The position numbers and the translations under genes are program-made. The notes beneath the pieces were generated by a model, which was not told where the DNA came from, searched no databases, and was given only the letters and a program-made list of their open reading frames with translations. DNA of 64,000 bases from Leptogorgia sarmentosa (lineage: Eukaryota): the NCBI GenBank assembly GCA_964658305.1, contig OZ210884.1, positions 4,898,001 to 4,962,000 on the forward strand. The letters are read 5' to 3'. Of the stretch, positions 11,202-26,100 are shown in pieces. Numbering within the stretch: position 1 is the stretch's first letter; the number at the start of each line of letters is the position of its first letter.

Positions 11202-13812
11202 GATACTCAACCACGGACGTCTACACGATGTTCAGCCACGATACTCAGTATCGTGGTTGAAGTCCGTGGTTGAGTATCGTGGTTGAAGTCAGTGGTTGAG
11301 TATTTTAAACTTACATGTCCTGACCTTCAATCTCGATCTAGCGTCTCCTTTCACATGCATTTAACACGTATAGAAACAATACTTTCACAAAGTTTTTTTT
11401 GCAATAGTTGCTATGCGACAATATTAAAAAAGAGCATACGGAGGTGTGTCTTTCGCAATGCTTGCGCTTTGCGATGGGTGTTTAAGATTTCAAAATCAAT
11501 ATAATAAACTTCGTGTCGTGCAATTTTACTCTGAAGTTAAACTTATGGGTATTAAGGTAGTTTGGGACGACATCATTTTTAATTTTTCACTATAACATCC
11601 CTAATTTTAGTGTGCAGAGATAACCAATTTGTGCAGTGATGAAATAAAATGAGCAGAGGTAAATAGCAAAATGTGAAGTGATAAATATGAACGTGGAAGA
11701 TAGTGTGAACGATAATTAATTAACTTTGTGGTGAACTGCATTTGTATTATTTACGGAATGATTGCAAAATTTTCAGTAGGTGCATTAAGTTCCCTCTATG
11801 AAGATGAGATGCTTGAATTTTGGCGTGGCAAATTAAAACAGAATTTTTTTGCTCTTGCCAGCGATTTAAAATGAGTAACAGCGAATATGACAGACGGGAT
11901 AACGAATTTATTTCGAACGCACATCCGTTGCTTGTGACGTGCTTCAAATAACTTAACATCACTAGGAATGACTGACGTGAATCCTCTCGACTTCTTCCGC
12001 TAATAAAAAGGCCATTAATCATAATTATGTTGTGCTTACAACATAACTGATTTACAGTGTAAGTAGTTAATATCTATGATATTGAAAATCATTGTTGAGT
12101 AAGAACAAACTGTAAAGATACTCAGATAAGTGGCTCAACGGATACCCCCCCCCCCCCCCCTATTTGACAAATTGTACCGCGGTGAAAAACAAGAAACACC
12201 ACATATGCATCTCGACACTATTTCATGACTTTGACTCTATACAGACTATAAACGGAATTTTAGATCAACTCAATTTCCTATCATAGTCGCAATATTCAAG
12301 AGTCCAATACTTAATGATAATGATATATACATTCTTTCATCTTGACAATATAGGGAAACGAGTAGGGGATGTAAATGCATTGTTTATTTTGAACTTAAAA
12401 TGAATTGTCATTCCGCATCCTGACCTTCCCACTATAGTTACCGCATTGTCCAACAGGGTTGCCAAAAATCGTGAAAAAATAAGCAAAACTTTTAACAACG
12501 CTCTTTGTTTTTCTTTGTGTTGCCTTTTGTTTTCATTGTTTTCGTGAACGTGCTAATGACGATTTGGCTTATTTATTGATGCTTTCTGCCAACCCTGTTG
12601 TCCAATCAGGTGCAAGTTGAACTGCTATAAAGATTCATCATTTTGCCTTGACGACATTATATCGTGGTGAGAGAGGGAAAAGTAAGGAGTTTTCAGTTCT
12701 CTTTGAGGTATGTTGGATTTTTTCTATGACAGATCATTTCACAGGGCAAAAATTCTCTATCTGAAAATTGTACAGCTGCAATGGTCCTTTTCTGTCGATA
12801 AGGCTTAGCAATGTCCACGTAGGTGCCACTGTCGATTGCAAAGGTTCAATGTTATTGTGTACAGAGAACTATTCAGTTACATACAGTAGAATGTCAAGCC
12901 TCAGCGAGTTGAATCTTAAACAATGATTATGTACCCTGCTAAAAGCGACACGACTGTCTCTGCTGTACAAAAAATTAGCAATTAAACGTGCGGGAATGCG
13001 GCACATGCTTGTCCATGTTTTTGTAAATCCATGTTTTACAAGTTTGTGTTTTACAAGTCCAAAGTCCAGTGTTAGGTCTCCAAATCAACTTTGGTTATCG
13101 GTTTGTGCACAGTTTTTCAACACATCAGCATTATCTTTCACAGGGTTGCATGATGAACAAGTTGAATTTTGCAGTGCTGCTAGCCTCCGTGGTTTTATTT
13201 CTCGATTTTAGAGGGTAAGCACACAGTTTAATTTATTCATAGCTATTAATATGTTTTAAGCATTCTATACTTCTTTATAAACCTTGACTGCGTGGAAAAC
13301 ATATTGCTATAATAAGATCTGGACGGATTTGCTTTTACTTGTTCCTTCCAGAAAGCATCTTTACATGCTCTGCATGTCTAATGCATATTGTAAGAGGTTA
13401 TTGTACCAAATATACATCCACTGCGCGAGCTCTTTGCAATGTATTCGTTACACATCAGTTTTTTTACAAACTAATATTCCGTGAATGTATAAAGTTGACG
13501 TAAAAGTTTCAAGAAAAATTAGACTTTAAAAATGGAAACTTACCATTCTTTACTGCTTTCATTCAGTATCTGAACGATGGGCTTTGGAGTGTAGAATCGT
13601 TGTAAAACTAAATATGTCTAATCAAGTTTTGCACCATGCATGATGATGAATATTTATCACTCTGACCAAAGCTTTGAAATGTTGACGAACCGTAAATCTG
13701 TCTAGATCTATGCACCACCTTCTAACTGGGAAAGATGTATTGCAGTCAATAGCGTTGTTAACAGTTTAAAACTTTGCAAATTTAGAGAAATCTCTTTCCT
13801 AAATCATTCCAG

Positions 13813-14598
13813 AGTACCAGTGGAATGCTCCAAATATGACGAAAACAACTGTACATGTCAAAGTTTAATATCCAAACTTGAAAGTCTTCAAAATACAGTT
13901 GAAAAAATTGCAAGTCTGCTCAAAATATCAAGTATTGGTAAACTGATTTTTGGTCATGAAATAAATAATTCCTTCGCAGGGGAAACACTGCATTTTGGTT
14001 TTATAATAGTTATGGTATTATAACTTTCATGAACACTTATGTGAATATAATTAAAAGTATATCAAAGACATAAGAGCACACGCAAAAAGCACGTAATTTG
14101 TATAAAAACTCATCATACTAATGTTTGTGTGTCCACTCATTGCACTGTAAGAAAATAAGTATTGCTCATCTTCCCATTTTTAACACAATCGACCTACATA
14201 ATACATCATATTTTTAATAGGAAAGAATTGCGCTGATTTATACAAAAAGGGAAACAAGAAAAGTGGAGTATATGAAATTGATCCAGATGACAAGGGCAGT
14301 TTCAAGGTCTTCTGTGACATGACAACTTCAGGAGGAGGTTGGTCTGTGTTTCAACGTCGTCTTGATGGAAGTGTTGATTTCTTCCGAGGGTGGCAAGATT
14401 ACAAACAAGGTTTTGGTGATATAAGTGGTGAATACTGGCTCGGTCTTGACAAGATCCACAGACTAACAACTGCTTCCCAAAACAAACTTCGTATTGACAT
14501 GGAAGACACGTCTGGAAACAAGAAATACGCAGACTATGATCTCTTTGCTGTTACCAGTGAAGCACAAAAATATCAATTGAGTTTGGGAACATATTCTG
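13813..14598 (+). pseudogene. Fibrinogen-related domain (FReD; ficolin/ryncolin/tenascin-like) gene, apparently truncated
   Basis: Exon about 13813-13937 encodes a Cys-containing, coiled-coil-like segment (CQSLISKLESLQNTVEKIASLL). Exon 14221-14598 reads GKNCADLY..SGVYEIDP..FKVFCDMTTSGGGWSVFQRRLDGSVDFFRGWQDYKQGFG..GEYWLGLDKIH..LGTYSG and ends at a GTAAG donor. The terminal exon (FST.D.DND / WWY / SNLNG) and a clean start exon were not found. Confidence 0.75.
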
Positions 14599-17162
14599 GT
14601 AAGCAATTTTATTAATGAATTGTAAATGCATTGAGGCTGCAACCCCTCGCCGTGTTAAGCAACACCGTGAATAAATTTTCTATATATAAAGTATTATTGG
14701 ATTGTTGTTAACATAAGGAGAAAAAGTACCAGTTTTAGAAATTACAGGGTGGGTCAGAAATTTGAAGTTCAAGCTGCTGATGATTTAATCGCCCCGTACA
14801 ATTCTCTGTCTAGTCTACTCAACGGACTTTGTTAATAAGTATTGCCATAATTCAGATTAACGTTACATGCAGAAAACTTAGATGATTCTAGCAATTCCGC
14901 CATTATTTTTATCAGTCTGTAAACAGATCTCATAGATTGCAGATAGATTGAAACGATGTCCAGTCGTGGATACCGTTGCTGAAATAAATTGCCAAAAATA
15001 GCACATGCACCATTCTAAATCAATTCACTAACTTTTGCTACTCAATGATCAGTATTTAGCACTCATAGTGTACCAGAATGTGTTAATCTATCTCGGTTAA
15101 CTGAAAGTTTTCACAAACTTCCTACAGTGATATTTCCAACAGTAAACTTTTTTTTCATACACCCTGTATTTTTTATACTGTACATGAAGTATCAATGGAT
15201 TGTTGTTGACATAATGTGACATAATTCTGTGCTTTCTTTCTGCTCATACCAAACAAATTGTTGGAGACCGCCGAAGGCCCACTACATCGTAATTAACATT
15301 TAGAAATTCCATTTAGAAATTCCAGATCGTAATTAACATTTAGAAATTCCTTTGGTTTTTAATCACTAAATCAAAAATATCAGCATGCCTACTATGGCAC
15401 TACCCTATTTATTTTCATCTTAGAAATGCATTAACTAACAACTACAATGAAACTCTCTACAATTCGTTTTGCAAAAATAACAAAAAAAAGCAGTGGCGAA
15501 ACCAGACAGGAATTTTATAGATATGGATTTTGTATATTCTGTTATATGCTAATTTTAAATCATCTTTATTATTCATTTCTTTAATAATTGATGCATTAAG
15601 GCCAAATTTGGTAGACTTTACCCTATTCATTTTTAACTTTGGAAAAGATTAACTAACAGCGGTCGCCAAAACAATTTTATTGTGTTTCCAATAGCCGTAC
15701 CTTGAAGCTTCTGACAGTTTTACTCCCAAAAACCGGTTCAAACTCTAGCCGAATTTGCTGCTGAGCTACTGTATGCATGCACAATATTTGTTATTCTTTA
15801 TCGAGGGTTTATCGATGTCATCATAGATTATCGGATCCTTTGATACTCTATGATGTCATGGGATTATTACAATATGTAATTCTGAAACATTAGGGATATT
15901 CAGCGAGCAATCGATGTGTTTGGCAACAAATTTGAAATCAAAACAAATCATCTACAAACTAACTACAGTTACTGTTGAAAAGTATAAATACATGTGACAA
16001 GATTCAATATAATGCAACGTTTCATCACAATTTGATTATCACTTACACTTACTACAATCACTTACATCAAAATATAAAATGCAAACGTTTTCTTATCTCA
16101 TAGTATCTCAAATATAAGTGAAGAGGAGGGTCTAATTTTGTCAACTAGTAGGACTGTATTCACACTTTTGGAGACTAACTGTACCTTAGTTAATTCAGTC
16201 ATTGCATTCGTGAGAATTAGTGTGAACGTGATAATTTTTCTTCCGGTCCTTTAAGTAAATAGGATATTAAAGTGAAAGAAAATTATTTTAGGCCGTGTTC
16301 TTATTGGGATCCATTAACCAAAATTTAGGATTAACATTCTGAAGATAAGCATCTCTATAATCAAGTATGGTGTTATCTGTTAATCTAATTTTACTATTAA
16401 CCTGCATTCGATAAGAAGTAATAATATTAAATTCGATGACCATACTAAGGATTTACATTATTAATTTTACTGTTCCCAACGCGGGATGCATGATGACAAT
16501 ACTCCGTGCCATGCAATTCAATATTTTTCTAAACAGTTGTTTAGAAAAATATTGAATTACTTGATTATATTGCCCTGATATTGACTATGTCATTCAGTTC
16601 GCTCCTGTTCCGTGACAATTAAGGTATTTTTAAAGCTTTTAGGAAATTATCTTAAATTATTTGTTGCGTGTTAAATTGTTAGAACCAGCTTCAATTTTTA
16701 AACAGTGAACAATAATGGGGTTAAAAGTTCAGATATTCCAAGCAGCCAATTTTTAACATTTTACTTCCACCCACAAATGCCTGATGCATTCGACCACAAA
16801 ACTACATTCGAATTTTACAAAAAATATACAGGGAATTCTACAGCCGGGTTAACCAGTTTTATTGCATGAGTTAATATAAGAATTAAACCTATTAGCAGTA
16901 TTGAGATATATATCTATAACACATCTGATGTAAGTATGTAATTACTTTTAACTTCGTCGTAACGTAGCTACGAGTTTCAAAAACCCGACAATATAAAAAA
17001 CTACTTGATGTAAATTAATTTGTACATTAAGAGATGGAATTACTAATTAGTTAATGTGTATTTTCGCACTGCGATACTTGTAACTTTTTGTGTATAAGAT
17101 AACAGACGAGAAAAAAGACTCCAATTAATTGAATGTCGGTCATGAATTGGTGCACACGTGAG

Positions 17163-20100
17163 TCAGACATTTCCCGTATTCCGCATTTCATCATCATCAT
17201 ATCTGTACGAGCTGTTGTCAAACTGGCCTTCATTAGTTTTCATTTTCTGTAGTGTCACGCCAGATGTAGACGCTGGTTTGCCTCGCTTTGAAGGAAAAAA
17301 GAAAGGTTTTCAACAAACAAGAGCAAGTATTTTTATCAGACTTCTCGTCACGGTAGTTTGGAAGTCTGGAGATGTTTTCAGTGACCATAGCTTTTGATGA
17401 TTGGAGGGAGTGAAATATTTTGTTGATTCAATTCAAATTTCGATTCTGAGGTGATCTTAGCTAACTAAAAATTTCTTACCTTCGCATAGTGTCTTTGACA
17501 AATAATCAGTACAATGACCAAAAAGACAAATGCGAGAATTGAAAGAACAACAATGACAACAATTATAGCTGTACCTTAAAACAAATTCATATAAGAACTT
17601 AAATTTCAATGCATGTATGTTTTTGTCAATCAAGTACTTATAATTTCTAGGAATCAAAATGCAATGTTAGCGTTAGAAAAAATGGGAGATTATAATAATA
17701 GAAACTTACTTAAGCCATCGTCGCCATCATCTTTAGCAGAAGAGCAATAAAACAGGTCCCCGCGCATGACACAAGATTCATCTCCCTCGCAAGATAAGAT
17801 ACTGCAATTGACGCCTATAATAAAAAACATATGTATACAACTTAACGCAGGCCCCAACTTGGCGCAAAAGGAAAATATTTCTGCGATGTGTACAAAATCA
17901 AATTTCCTACTCTCAACTCGTTTCTGCCAGAGAATTCTCACTCAATGTGTGTCTATACGCGCGTACTCCTAATTCAGATGATAATGTTGCATTTTCCTTT
18001 TTACTATAACGACGGAAATTATTTACAATTCGTAACTAATTAATGCAAGTGGCGTGTTTTTGGGACACCTTCTATAATCATTCTGCAGCTACGCCTCTGC
18101 AGCAATCCACATACCTCCGCAGCTGTAGCCATCGCCTACAAATCCTGCGTTGCAAGTACAATTGAATGAACCAGGTGTATTGAGACAAATGCCATTTTTA
18201 TCACAAGGTGCACGAGAGCATTCATTGTTATCTATTTAACAAAAATTTAAAATGAAATGAAAAACAAAACGATAATAAATTAATTTCAAAAATTGAGAGT
18301 TTTTTATCTTTTTTATTGTCTTTAAAAGGCTATTTAATAAAGGAAATAGAAACTAAGAAGACATTTCTCGCGAAATGCAAGAAACTAAGTTTCTATCTTT
18401 CTATTACTTGTAAATATTGTAAAAATGACTGTCCAAGCTTAGAGGAAAGCGAGAATTTATTGCTTTACGGAGCAGAATTGAGCGACATTCACACACGAGT
18501 TATAGAAACACGCGTGGAGGTTTGGGGGAAACGAGAAATTCCATTTATTTCTCAAATATCACACATGAAAAGAGAAGGAAGATTTACCTGTGCAGATAAA
18601 ACCATCACCGAAAAATCCCAAACCACAGTTGCACAAGAATGATCCGTCTGTATTGTTACAAACAGCATTTGCATCGCAGGGATCATCAGTCATACATTCG
18701 TTTTTATCTGAAGTAAGATATATTTTTTTGTAAAAAGGAAGAGGGGTAAGAAAAATTTTTGGCTTTAAAACATTTTCTCTTCAGCCCCCACCCCTGCCAT
18801 AGATAATGACCGCTCCCCAAAATAAAAAAATAAAAAAATTTGACAGTAACACAAATTTCTATTGAAAACAACAAATAAGGGTTTCTCAAATTTATGGAAA
18901 AATACTGCACGGAAAACCATTCGGTATTCCTTTATTCTTAGTCTATAATGAGGGAACCTGCATACCTTCAACAACAAACAAGCGATTCCCTGCAAGTGGT
19001 CCAAGAACGAGAGAATTTCCAATTGTACCATTTGTATTATTCACGGCTTTTTCTAATTCTGTGTTAAGTGACGCTGATGTGAGGTTTGCAGCAGTTGAGT
19101 TAAACATCACCTCGTAATCAACCCGAACAGATCCGTTGCTATATCAGAAAAAACCATAACTTGAGACTGTATGTTTGGGCTCGATTTTTTTATTGCCGTC
19201 GTCGTTCGAAAATGACATACCTCATAATACTCAATTGCTTCGTGGCGTGCGCGCGTGGAACAATATATGCATTGCATGCGCATGGCGTCCAAGTTCACAC
19301 TCGCACCGACTGCCTAATACCCTTGGCATATCGCCAGCGACTAAAGGCGATTTCCAGTTAGGTGTATTTCCAGTCACGTTACGTGTACGCACGTAAAAAT
19401 TGAAATTGATTTTCACGTTTGTTTCTATACAATCACATCATTAAATGTAAAGCATCTCATACTTTGAATGGTGTAGTATGTGTTTCTAGAGGGTTTTTTT
19501 AAATAAGATGAAATACAGAGGGATTCATAGTCTTATATACGTGCGTACATGCACGTACGAGTGAAAACACGTGACTGGAAATCAGCTTGAACGCTCATAG
19601 AGCGTTTTGTTTACAATAATTAATTACATGGCCTACGTTCCTCATTTCTTCACGCTTTTTCAGTTTAGTTGCTGAATCTGCCTATAATTATTATAAGGCT
19701 CACGAAAATTATTCTGAGTTCTATAAAATCTGCTGAATAAATGTTGAAAATCGAACATATAATTATACGTACAGTAACTGCAGTTTTATATGGAAGGATT
19801 AGGCATCAGAACGCTTAATTATAAAATCAACTTACTAAATCTTGTTTACAACAACATCAACGACAAGTTCACCATATAAAGTACTCTGGTACAATTCCTT
19901 AATCTAGATTCAAAAAAAGCAAATTAAAACTGTTATGTGATGTAAACATTTGCAAATATTGTGCAACATTTTTCCTCTATACGAAATTTTGGTCGTATGC
20001 ATTTTGGTCCAGACACTGATGCATTTTTGGCAGTTTATGAGGGTTTTCAAAATATGAACAATTAGTAATGAGGAAAGAAATGTTGAATACTTACAGCATT

Positions 20101-23100
20101 TTTTAACAGATCGTGTAAGTTCTTATACTCGGTACTATTTTTATTATCGTAGATTTGGAGGTATCGAAGACTTTTGATAGATAAACGACCAACAAAGGTT
20201 TTCACTTCTAAATAATATCAGGTATAGGTAGTTATCAAGACATGGAACATTCTCTCATTTCTCTGGGAAAGTGGGGCATGAAAGGGAAGCAACTGATGCC
20301 CATAAAGATTATTTTCCGAGCTTCTTCACTGCGTAAAATAAAGTTGTATGTAAACTGTGTGTTGTCGTAGAACGGACTGTGAAGAAGGAAAAGCACACAA
20401 TAATAAAATGACAGATCTGCCAGTTAATATAGTTAAATGAGATTGTTTACATGACTAATTGCTTATATACCAGCTAGCATGCAGCTTTGAATATTGTTTG
20501 ACTATTTCTCCGTATATCTTATAATTAACTTTTTGCATAGGCCTATGTACAATTTGTGTACGACCTGCTTTGGATGTGGCTGTCAATTCACAAAGGGAGT
20601 AAAGCGTTTGCCAATAAATTCTCATCCTATCACATCTAATCTCCCCTCTTCTCGTCTTATTTTGTGTTTGATTATACTGAAATGATTATATGATTATTTT
20701 AAGAAATACTCTTTTTCTTTACTCTTACCTTTGCAAACGCCACCAGCCACAACGTTACCACTTCGACATGTGCATTCATAGCTGCCAACAGTATTCTCAC
20801 ACACCATACTTTGATGGCAAATAGATGACGTCACTTCGCATTCATTTATGTCTGAAATTATAAAAAAATTTTTCGTTTATATCGAATGCCCATCTTTCTT
20901 ATTGTAATACCAGTGACCGCGGAAGATCAATACTTCCGGGGAGGGGGGAGGGGGGAGGTGCTAGTAATTATACATTCGTTTTTTGCATTACTCTGAACAC
21001 GGATATATGCATGTGAGCCCCACTCCCAATCATCGATCTTCCGCGGCAAATAAGTCGTTTATTTATATTAGCCGGATTAAAGCTTAACAAAGGATGTATG
21101 ACACTAGGCACGAAACTCTTTGATTTTGCCACACAACTTTCTCAAAATTTTTGAAATGTTTTTTGTTCTTTGTTTAATCGAACGAGAGTCTTCTTCCTTC
21201 ACTAAAAATCTCTGCGATAACATCTCTCGCTTTTGGTTTCAAAAAATCGAACTTTGGAAAATTGTCAAAACAGAAATAAGAGAGTGAACTCTGCCACTTG
21301 ATTTATAATAATTAAGAATAACTTGGTATTATTACGTACCACGACAGTATGTTCCATTACCAGTGTATCCATATTTACACGTACAATTAAAACCTCCGGG
21401 AACTTCTTGACAAACTGCATTTTCGTGACATTGTCCTGGGATAAAACATGGACCTTCCACAACAGGAGGTATAACTGAATAAAAAAAGAATGAAGTATAG
21501 GCTATAGATGAGCGATTAAACAAAGTTGAAACACATTCTTACATAATGAAGTAATCATTACTATGTAATATATGAAGCTTCTCCAGCTTATTTTATTCTC
21601 ACTTTCTGCACCGAAGATTTTGAAATTATGTAATGTACAAAATTGATCAAATAGGGTCAAACGATCAACACGGACGTCACCTGTTTGCAACCACAGTAAA
21701 ACGTGGCTTCAGACTGGTGTACATTGGAGATATAAATTTCATAAAATCCCCATGCACTGCATGACCACCTACAATTCCCTCTCTTGCTTGCTTGCAGTGT
21801 TCGATTCAATTTGAAGAAATTCACGATCAATGGGTGAGAGGTATCATGCAGAGATACGAGGGAAAGTGTTTATTTGACTACTTTCGAAATAATTTTGCGT
21901 ACCAGTACAGTTATATCCATTTCCACTATAGCCATCATTGCATGTACAGCTATAATTTCCAGGCAAATTATGACAGATCGCGTTTTCGTTGCATGGTGAG
22001 TTAGCACATTCATTAACATCTGGAAAACAAAGAATATTAAAATTTCCCTTCGTGTAAATTCTTTTTGTCGCATATACTATTGGTCCTAACGATCACCATT
22101 CCTCATATACAGTATATGAATCTAAATTTCGGAAAGAGATGCTTTTACAACAGAATTCAACATAAATTCTCTGCATGTCTCGAGAAATCTGTGTCAGAAA
22201 TATCTACCACGCTGATTATGTTTTTCACAAGTATATACTGTGTCCATAAGAATGATGTGGAATCAATTTTAAAGTGTGTATAATCTTAATATAACGTCTC
22301 AGATCGATTTTTTTCAGTGATGTAGTTATCGGAAGGATTCTGGATCAATGGGAAAGAATCATCTTGATTGTATATTTACTAACCATAACATTTTATCCCA
22401 TTTCCCTTGTATCCATCCTTGCAGGTACAGGCAAAGCGTCCACTTTCGTTTTTGCAGGCAGCATTCGGATGACAAACGTATGTGATTTCGCATTCACTTG
22501 TGTCTAGATGATCAGATAAATTCAGATTTGAAAAGTTTTGGCTGCAAAGTTCAAAGCATTGATACCTATTGTTGCTTAGGCTAAATTTCCAAAAGGTTTT
22601 TACACTCTTCTTGACAAGCACACTGAATTAGATTGTATCAATTGTTACTCGTGCTGAGGGACGAGATTGGCGAGTTGGAAGTCTAAGTTTTTATTTCAAA
22701 CAATTCATCACGCGTGCCGGAAATGCAAAGAATATCGGCACATATGAATCACATACTTACCATTACAGAGTGTAGAATTTTCTGATAAATCTTCATTGGG
22801 TATACAAGCAAAACTTCCACCAGGTAATTCTGCACAAGATGCATCTGCATGAAAGAAAACTATCATAAGAAGACCGCTTGCTATATACGCACTGCAAAGA
22901 GGATGAATTAATATTTATCCCAAGTCAGTTTCCCATGAAGTTTCACTGGTGATATTAGGAATCATCCACTAGCTAGTAAATTTAGAAAAGTACAGTTGTA
23001 CTATAAGGATATTATGTTGTTTCGAAATTATGCCTTCACGCAACACTTTTCGAAATCTTAAATCTCTTTAAAAAGTCATTTAGGATCGTTATTAAAAGTT

Positions 23101-26100
23101 TTTGTACATGGAGAGAAGATTCATCAACCAAGTACAGTAATTCAGTGATACTGGATAAAAGCCTGGACCGTTATCACAGGAATTAAATTTCCGCCATGTC
23201 CGAGGTAGATCAGGAATAAATCCAGACAATGAATTTTGCATTCATTTTGAGAAATGTCCGCTAACTTGAAATTTTACACGGAAGAAGATTGAACACTTTT
23301 TGCAACTCTGTTTTGCAATTCTTTTAAGCAAACGTCAAATTTGCAGCAACTTGACAGGAAGAACAAAATTCTTTAGCAGCCAATGAATTTAAAAAAATGA
23401 CTTTCTTCTATCATCAGTGGGGTGAAAACGGGCTTTACTTCCATACGATAAAATTCGCTAACTAAAATAGGGAATACTGGAATTAGTGGCTTTTTCATTC
23501 ATTACTCACCATAACATCGAATGCCATTTCCATTGTATCCATCGTTACATTTGCAAAAAAAGCTTCCGCTTTCGTTTTGGCATGTGGCATTAGGATGACA
23601 AACATGGGTCATTTCGCATTCACTTGGATCTAAATAAAAAATTAAGTTTCCGTCTCGATATAATTCAAAAAATGTTTCTTTTCACACTTACTGCTAAATA
23701 GGCAGTTACAGAGCATCAATCATGTACTAAGAGGTCGCTTTATTCAGTAATTATGATAATGATAATACACAATTATTCACTCAGCAATAAAGTGAAAGCT
23801 ATAGCAGATTTTAAAACTTCTCCCTTAGTGACAAGACTCTGGGTTTGAAAGTATATGTTGAATGATTATGCCATAAAGAAACCAAGTGCTATATGGTAAT
23901 TATGCAAAAGGTACTACATAATAATTGCGACAATGAATCGAAGTATTTTGAAATTTGCATGATTTATATCCCTGCACTTGTTTACTACATGATTAGCTAT
24001 ATAGGTTGACAACAGATTCAAATATTTTTTTTTGGAATATCGTGAACAAATTTAATTTTAACACCTGCAACGTTATTAGTCTCTCGCACAGCAATCGCTC
24101 AATATATTCTTCACTATATAGGGTGTCCCAAAAATAAAGTCCCCTCTATACAAATCACTCTTTTGTTGTTAATCTCGGTTTATTGCACCTCTGGAAATTT
24201 AAATTGGCTTCTGACGAACAGCAACAAAAGCACGTGTTGTAACGAATACTTCTGTCGTTCATGAACCATTGAAATTCATTGAAATTCTGTGACTTTTTTT
24301 GGACACCCTGTATATGTTTACCTTCACATAACGTGCCATTTTCCTCGTTCGGTAAACAGGCAAAACTTCCACCAGGTAGATCCACGCAAAACGAATCTGG
24401 AAAATGATCATATGTACCAAATCTATTCGGATGAGTGTCAAAAGCAAGGGACGGCACAGAAAGTACCGTGACGCCAACTTCGACCACTCAGTGTGAGTGT
24501 GACTTTCAGGAAAAGGTTACACGATCTCGGACCAGGTTTGTTTTAGTAACCACAATCATTCTCAGATATTTGAATAGGGGACAAATACAAAATCAAAACA
24601 TCAATACCCTGATCATGCCCAGATTATAATTGCATTGTTGAATACTTCACTACTTGATCATCGCCCTGTTCGATTTACAAATTCGGCGACAAATCGCCAC
24701 TGCTCGTATTAACAGGAACACTCATGTGTACGGTTTTCGCATAGCCGTAAGAAAAAAAACATCAATCATGAAGTAGCTGCTGCTTTACCAACCTGCAGTG
24801 CAAATAAATCCATTACCCGTGTAGTCGTCATTACAGATGCAAGAAAACGATCCAAAGAAATTGTGACAAGTGGCATTTTCATGACATGGCTTTTCATCAC
24901 ATTCATCGATATCTTGTAAAAATATGACATTAAAATCAAGTTAGGGAGAGCAATTGGGGGGCGCAAATTGACGGGATTCCTAACTTTCTTCAAATCTGTA
25001 AATTGGGTGGACCGGTGGATATACATGAAGGGGGCGGGGGGGGGATGCATTATAATAGCATAATGCACGCATCTAGCTATTAAATTTCTCCCGCGAATCT
25101 TTGGTTTGACAAAAAGACAATAAAAATACATATATACTAAAAATACATCCATACAAAACGCTTGAATTGTTTGCTTTCGCTCAGCTAAAGGAATAAAGCT
25201 GTGTTGCTGCTTGGCAACATTTGAGAACACGCTTGATTACATGTAAAGAGAATTGTAATTTTGATCTTCCTAACGAAGTTTTTTGTTGCGCTAATATTCT
25301 CTTATATTATAAAAGAAATGGAAAAACTCAGCTACGCCTCGTGTTTTACGCGATTCTCTCGTATTCCCCAACATTCCCCTCGTGCATTATAACAGCATAA
25401 CACTTCAGTTAACACATGCGCCAAGCTATTTTCCCCGACTGCCGTCGCCCAGCTCTGCCCAAGTAAGAACATTTTCATTCTTTCTTTCGTCTTTGGAAAA
25501 CTTATATGACTGCGTATTTGGCTCCGCGATGCCAGTTCGAGATTACTTTCAATCTAACTTAAATTTTATACCTCAAATTCAAATTGCCCAATCAAAAGAC
25601 CGTATTTCTATCACGTGATGGTGTGCTTTTTATCATTTATATACCCGGAGCGAGGGTGATTCGACGAAATAATAACCGAAGTACGAGGGAAATACCATGA
25701 ACTTCGGTTAATATTTCGTCGAAACACCCTCGCTCCGGGTATATAAATGATAAAAAGTACACCAAACGATTGACAACAAAAGAGCTGATTACTGAGCAGA
25801 TAGACCAAGCTTGACAAGTTAAGTAGATCAGTAAGAGCACATACTGACCTTCACAATTGGTACCGTTTCCCGTTAAACCGGTTTTGCATATGCAATAAAA
25901 ACTTCCATTTCCAACCACAACCGTCGAATTAGGATGGCAATGATCAGGAAGACCAATTTCTGTGTGATGATTGAAAACAAAAAAATGTTTTTGTGATTCT
26001 TGATAGATGCAATTGACTTGTTTGAATTAACTTTTCATTCAAAATTTAGTCTATTTAGAGTATACAATGTGCTTTCGAAGGCGAGGATTTTTTCAGGGGG

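Larger units (their letters stand above)
1832..11301. repeat. Older short repetitive element (AGTATCGTGGTTGAAGTCCGTGGTTG units) split by the 9.3 kb insertion; pieces at about 1832-1900 and 11204-11301
   Basis: The same 12-13 bp motifs occur on both flanks. Removing 1901-11203 restores tcaaccacgatactcaaccacgg. Confidence 0.6.
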
